From assembly GCA_965112735.1 (NCBI GenBank), contig OZ218952.1, forward strand, positions 4,960,001 through 5,024,000: a stretch of 64,000 nucleotides of DNA, given 5' to 3'. The position numbers and the translations under genes are program-made. The notes below the pieces were generated by a model that worked only from the letters and a program-made list of their open reading frames with translations, made no database searches and had not been told where the DNA came from. Numbering within the stretch: the first letter of the stretch is position 1; each line of letters begins with the position of its first letter. This DNA is from Phaeosaccion multiseriatum. Taxonomy: Eukaryota; Protista; Ochrophyta, other classes. This document shows positions 58,417 to 64,000 of this stretch, piece by piece.

Positions 58417-60923
58417 ATGCCGTCGGCTTCTGGCACGTCGTCTGGCGAGGATGTATCGCCATACGATATGTCGGTGCCTGGCCTGGAACAAATTGTTCCA
58501 GGCCTGGTTCGAAGCCCTAACGAGCGGCCTCCCAAGCTGATGCTAAATGAAAACGGCGGCGTACTGCCTCCCGAGACCTCCAAATTTCCTCATCCCGTCG
58601 ATGCCGCCTCGCCGGACGGTAGACGCAATGGGCGCGGGGGGATGCTCGGGCTCGGGCACGGGGGGATTCCCTCTCCCCCCTCCTCTTCCTCCTCTTTTGC
58701 GAGCCTGCATCGAGACCGGCATACATACAAGCAGGCCCAGGCCTACCGTGTCATCACGCCCAGCGGGGTGGACAAGAAGATGTTCATGGAGGAGGAGGGC
58801 TCTCTGGGCCCTCTGCAGGAGATACTGGGCCTCAAGGAGACCAACCAGCAGTTGGCGCAAGCACTGCACCAGGCCAAGGCAAGTGTTGGACACACGTGTT
58901 CTCTTCCCCCCGTGGGCCTCACCCTTTTCTTTCCCGCGCTCACACCCCACACCCCCTCTCTGCATCATCTGCTTTCTGTCCCGGGCAGAAGACCCTCAGA
59001 GACCAAATGTCGTCCCTGGAGGAGGGAGCCCGCAGCGTAGTGATGGTGTTGGAGGCGCAGCTGGAGCAGGCCCAGAGAGAGAGAGACGACGCCAGGAGAG
59101 CCCTCATGGACGAGGAGAGCAAGAACAGGAGCCTGAACATCAAGCTCGGTGCTCTCATGCAAGGCCAAGACCAAGGGCAAGACCAGAGCGGGGTGAGGGG
59201 TGCTGACCGTGGTCATGGCGATGAGGGGGGCGAGGAGGGAGCCAGCGAACGGGCTCAGTCCCCAGTGAGCGAGAGAGGCCCAGAAGGGTCGTCCGCGGGG
59301 CACGAGCACGAGGTGGAGGTGGAGCTCACTGCGGCCTATCAAAACATCCTCAGACAGACTGATCAGGACAGGAGGAAACTCGAGGAGGAGCTGCAGAACG
59401 TCAAGGGGCATGTCGAGGTGCTCGTGGACTGTCTGGGGGAGCAGCGGAAGATGGCGGAGGCAGGGAGCGGCGCGGGGGTAGGGATGGAGGGCTATTGCGA
59501 GGTATGCAGGGGGTTCGTGGGGCCCGCCCCCACAGAGGGGGAAGGGGCAGGAGGAGGAGGAGGAGGAGGAGGAGCAGGGCACAAGAGAAGGCGGGCGGTG
59601 AGCTTGATTAACGTCATTGGATTGCAGGAGATGGCCATGCAGAGTGGCATGGTGCCTGTGTGCACCTTCGACGACGACGACGAGGAGGACGACAGTAGCG
59701 ACAGTAGCAGCGACAACAGCGGGCCTAGCGGGGAGGAGGGACGGAGGAGCGGGAGGCTTTTTTCGGGGGAGGGGAGGGGGAGGGGAGGGGCGAGGGGAGA
59801 AAGGCTTCAGAGCCACAGCGAGGGCCCACCGGGGGAGGAGTGGGCCCGGAGGCTGCCTCGTCTGGCGAGAGGGGCCTCTGACTCGTGGGTCCAGACAGAG
59901 CAGTGCTTCTGGTTCGGGAGGGTGGCGTTGCTGGATGGGAGGGGGTTGAGCTCCTTCACCGTACAAGGGGGGGAAGGCGGGCAGGACACCACCGAGGTGC
60001 TACATGCCCTCATGTTAACGGACAGGGCCCTTTATGTCATGGAGGCAGTCAAGCCTTCCGCGCACAGGGCCGCCAAGCAGTGGGGAGGGCACTTCATGCA
60101 GAAGGTTCACAGTTGGCGGCTGTTCAAGACGGGCCTCATGGGTGGGGGCGGGGAGGCAAGAGGGGCGGGGGACAGCAGCAGGGGGTCGGGAAGAGTAGGA
60201 GGGGCGGGGGACAGCAGCAGGGGGTCAGGGAGAATAGGAGGAGGCGGCTTTGGATCGGCGGGGGACATGGAGGAGGAAGAAGGAGCAGAAGGAGGGCTAG
60301 GGCAGGTGCTTTGTCGATTGGAGCCGGCTCACCTGTGCTCTCTGATGCTGCCTCTGACCACGGCCACCCTTCTCAATGGGGACGAGGTGGCGGCGCGGTC
60401 GTCCAAGGTGGTGGCCTTCTTCAGTCTTCCTCTTCCGAATGTAGCAGGCGGTGTGCGAGGGGCGGGGGAGGAGAGCAGGAGACAGTGCTACCTGTGGGCC
60501 AATTGCGACAACAACAACGCAAGGGGGGATCTCGTCGACGCGTTGACTGTGTGGGCATTAGAGGGGAGGAGGAAGGTGGGAGAGAGAGGAAGAGGAGGAG
60601 GAGGCCCGGGGAGGGGGGGGCAGGTCGGGGAGCAGGAGGTGGGAGGCGGTAGCACCAGTGATAGAGCAGCGGCAGCAGCACTTGGTGGTGCTGCAGCGGG
60701 CGGGGTGGCAGGGGCGGCAGGGAGGGTAGCAGGGGCCATGTATCGGTCAGGGAGTGGGTCGCTGTGGTTTAGGCCGTCGTCTCTGCCGGAGCTTGACGTA
60801 GGGGAGCGTAAGCAGGAGGAGGAGCTCGACATTGACCAACTCAAGGAAGAGGACCTGGTGGCGCTGCTGGAGGCACAGCAGGGCTGCACCAATGTCATGT
60901 ACATGCCCTGGGGCGTGGACTGA
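58417..60923 (+). CDS. coiled-coil protein of unknown function, 2 exons (GC-AG intron)
   Basis: Exons 58417-58878 and 58989-60923 join in frame through a heptad-rich segment (LKETNQQLAQALHQAK/KTLRDQMSSLEEG..LEAQLEQAQRERDD). The C-terminal part may be a beta-rich domain broken by Gly-rich inserts. Confidence 0.65.
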
Positions 60924-61062
60924 CATGAAAGATGACCATGTCTTACCTACTCTCAAAATTAATTAACAACCACTTTGTAGTATTCATGAGACGACTCTCA
61001 TCAGCCCCTACGATGTGTGGGGGCTATTTATTGACGTACTGGTAGTCACCTAAGAAACTGAA

Positions 61063-61095
<33 letters not shown>

Positions 61096-61096
61096 T

Positions 61097-61775
61097 GGGG
61101 CCCACAAGAGGCCTGTTACTCCCCCTCTTGGTCGGGGGGGGGCAGAATGCAGATCCGGCGCTGCGGTTGAGCCGGCCCAGGAAGGCGCGCTCACGCTCCG
61201 AGAGCCACATCTGGTGGCTGTAGCTGACGAGACGGCGAAGCCTGGTCAGGACGTGGCCCTTGGTGGTGGAGGAGCCGGTGCGGCCCGTGCGGGAGACGAC
61301 GTGCTCGGCGAGTGCGTGTAGGAGTGACTGCGCCTGTGCGCCGAGTCATCCGTGGGTCTCGATGGCGAAGGTGGTGAGGCGAACACGCTTATGGCTGGTA
61401 GTATGTGTTGGCATAGTGCCGCTCCTTGCGGGTCTCGCTGTGGGCTGCTGCCGCTCCCGGTCTGGTGTCCGTGTGGAGCATATTCAGGGCCGTCCTGCAG
61501 ATGTTGTTACCAAGGGTTAGGTCCAGCATGTGCGCCGGGTGCGCATAGGTTGGGTCGCGGGCTCCGGGGAGGGCGCCCCGGGGGAGGGTGGCATCCATGC
61601 GGAAGGTCCTGGCGACGTTGTGCGGGGAGAGGAGGTACTCCGAGCTCTCGTGTCCGACGCGGGAGACGAAGTTCTGCTTGAACACGTCCTCGATGGAGGA
61701 GAGCACCCCGGTGTCGTAGGTCATGGCCTGGTTAGGGCACTGAATGGCGTCGGGTCCTCCTGGGCCGTAAAGGTG
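61097..61775 (-). mobile_element. decayed 3' part of a CRE-like (RLE) non-LTR retrotransposon, copy 2
   Basis: Minus strand gives DAIQCPNQ..SIEDVFKQ..FRMDATL..MLDLTLGN..AAAAHSETRKERHY, then after a frameshift RLTTFAIETHG*LGAQAQSLLHALAEH, consistent with a restriction-like endonuclease tail. Abuts (TG)n at 61064-61094. Confidence 0.7.
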
Positions 61776-61859
61776 GGGGCCCTCCGACCCTCCTTCGGCG
61801 TCAACTGCCTATACGGCCCAGGAGGACCCGACGCGCTTGTCTGCACCCGACGACGAGCA

Positions 61860-62050
61860 ACCCGTTGACAGCAACCGCATTTGGATTCCCTCGGTGGCAG
61901 CCAAGGCGGAGGACATGCACCTGAGACTGTGTGTGACTGGCCATCAGGGAGAGACAAACACATTGAGTGCTATAAAGGAGAAGTTCATTTGGCACTCGCT
62001 AGACAAGGACGTGCGAAGCCTCCTTCAGAACTGTCTCCACTGCCTCACCA
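61860..62050 (+). mobile_element. Ty3/Gypsy-type integrase zinc-binding domain fragment (pseudogenic)
   Basis: RIWIPS..LRLCVTGHQGETNTLSAIKEKFIWHSLDKDVRSLLQNCLHC fits the HHCC integrase N-terminus, lacking the first His segment. No catalytic core follows. Confidence 0.75.
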
Positions 62051-62608
62051 AGCAACAGCAAGGGCGAGAGAGTGCCTCGTCCCCTGCTAGCTCAGTGGCA
62101 CGCTACTGCCCCCCCCCCAGAGTGGTTGAACTGGAGAGGGTCCGGATCGTAAACAATCGCGGGCCGTCAACGGCAACGCCACTCTGAACGAAATCATCAA
62201 GAAGACGGAATTTTTCAGTTCAACCAACGCTGCAAAACACGCGCCGACTCCTCCCACGCCATTCAGTGCCCCAACCAGAGCACTCTCTATCACACCGGGA
62301 TGCTCTCCTCCATCGAGGACAGGAGAGCGTCCCGGTGTGGTAGATTGTGGCCTGGTTAGGGCACTGAATGGCGTCGGGTCCTCCTGGGCCGTAAAGGCAC
62401 TTGACGCCGACAAGGGTACTTAAAGAAAACGACGTTTTCTTTAAGTACCCTTGACGCCGAGAAGGAAAAAAAAAAAAAAAAGGGGGTGGGGAAGGATTTT
62501 GAAATGCTCGCGACGACTTGGAGCACCAACACACAAACTTGGAGGCTTCCGGGGATCGGGCGGCGCCGCAGATCATTTCCCTCTTCCCACAGTGACGCTC
62601 GCTCTGAG

Positions 62609-64000
62609 ATGGGGGGATGTGATGGGGCCCACGCACTTCCTTCAGCCGCAGGAGGAGATGCTACAGTAGAGGCTAAGGAGGGGGGAGGAGAAGGTGGAGG
62701 AGCGAAGGGAAGTGCAGGAGAACGAGAAGGAACCCTGACAGGAGAAGCATGCTCGCAAGACGGAGCGGGGGGCGAAGCAGACTTTCCGCCACATGTTGTG
62801 GATCAGGTGAGGGAGCAACGGAAGTCGGGTAGCAGTAGGCGGCGAACTTTTCTTTTGCGCTCCCGGGCTCCTCCCAAGCCGGGCCCCTCCGTACTTGGTG
62901 CCGCCCTTTTCCCTCCAATCTCCCCTCTTATTTACCAATGAAACAAACACGTCAATCGAATGGATCAATACTGCATGAATGCCCCTCCTACAGGAGCTGC
63001 TAGAACCTTACCACTACATCCTGCGGGTGCCCGGCAAGGATGTGCGGGGCCTCATGGTGGAGGCCTTCCAGGACTGGCTGGCCATCCCGCAGGAGAAGGT
63101 GGAACAAGTCAAGGAGATCGTCGGCATGCTTCACACCTCCAGCCTGCTGTAAGGAGGAGGGTGCGGGGGGGGCGGTGGGGGAAGAGGGAGGAGGGGAGAA
63201 GGTGGACGGGGGGGGGGGAGATGAGTCGGGTCGAACCTCTCTGCCTGCATGCAGATAGATATACAAGTCAAATCCCGTCCAGCCCCTCCGCACTGCCTAA
63301 GCTCTGCTCTTCCTCATTGACTGACCCCCCCCCCCCCCTCCCTCCCTGCAGGGTGGACGACATCGAAGACAACTCCAAGCTGCGCAGGGGCGTACCAGTG
63401 GCGCACCTCATCTATGGGCTGCCGAGCACGCTCAACACCGCCAACTACGCCTACTTCCTCGCGCTGGAGAAGGTCGTGCGCTTTGATTGCCAAGCGGCAC
63501 TCGGCTGCTTCGTGGGGGAGATGCTCAACCTTCACAAGGGGCAAGGCCAAGACATCCTGTGGAGGTGAGGGGATGGCAGTGGATGCACAAGACACGGGCC
63601 TGGAGTTGGGGGAGTTTAGGGTACCTCTACTTTGTTATTGGAGGGCGTTTCGAGGGCCTCTACTTTATTTAGTCCTCTCTTCAGTGCCCGTCTTCCCTTC
63701 CTTCACCTGATTTCGCACTGCCTTCCGCTGCCTTCCTTGCCCCCACCTGCCTCTCTTGGTTTCCACTCCTGCGTGCGTCTGTACCACCCTCAGGGATAGC
63801 GGACGATGCCCGACGGAAGAAGAATACACAGGTTCGGACAGCGTGTAAGAAGCGCTAAACACAGACGGACCACCAACACCTCCCCCTCCCTCCCTCCCTC
63901 CCTCACCCCTCACCCATCCCCCCTCTCCCCTCTCCCCTCCCTTCCTCCATAACCCCTGTCCTGTCGCTCTGTAGAGATGGTGATCAACAAGACGGGTGGT
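62609..64000 (+). CDS. GGPS1: geranylgeranyl diphosphate synthase (GGPS1/type III), partial, runs off right edge
   Basis: Exons 62609-62806, 62994-63148, 63352-63564, 63794-63831, 63975->64000. Motifs LLEPYHYI..PGKDVR, MLHTSSLLVDDIEDNSKLRRG.PVAH, LNLHKGQGQDILWRD..CPTEEEY.EMVINKTGG. Confidence 0.95.

Overview
Gene-dense, GC-rich, intron-rich eukaryotic nuclear DNA. Bipartite plastid-targeting leaders (AAF-LAP, NAF-VL) suggest an ochrophyte alga with a complex red plastid, possibly a eustigmatophyte (inference). About 18 protein genes were reconstructed by hand from splice sites and frame continuity: Twinkle primase-helicase, a Sel1-repeat COA7-like protein, LENG1-like, a MIT-domain protein, a PH-like protein, an uncharacterised Rossmann-like tail-anchored protein, a GLOD4-thioredoxin fusion, a cyclin Q-like protein, a Cu(I) P1B-ATPase with three atypical HMA repeats, FANCD2, an intronless VOC protein, an Ala/Gly-rich orphan, a SulP-STAS transporter, a plastid thioredoxin, a plastid GNAT, P5C reductase, a coiled-coil orphan and a partial GGPP synthase. 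Most are in head-to-head pairs. Introns are packed with micro- and minisatellites and show a strong G-rich 5' / C-rich 3' polarity. Mobile DNA comprises a small inverted-repeat family with apparent 6-bp target duplications (one copy carries about 0.9 kb of CCCT repeat), two decayed 3' ends of a CRE-like non-LTR retrotransposon and a Gypsy-type integrase fragment. No rRNA, tRNA or CRISPR array was seen. All family assignments come from motif recognition, not database searches, and most entries in the supplied ORF track are repeat-derived artefacts.
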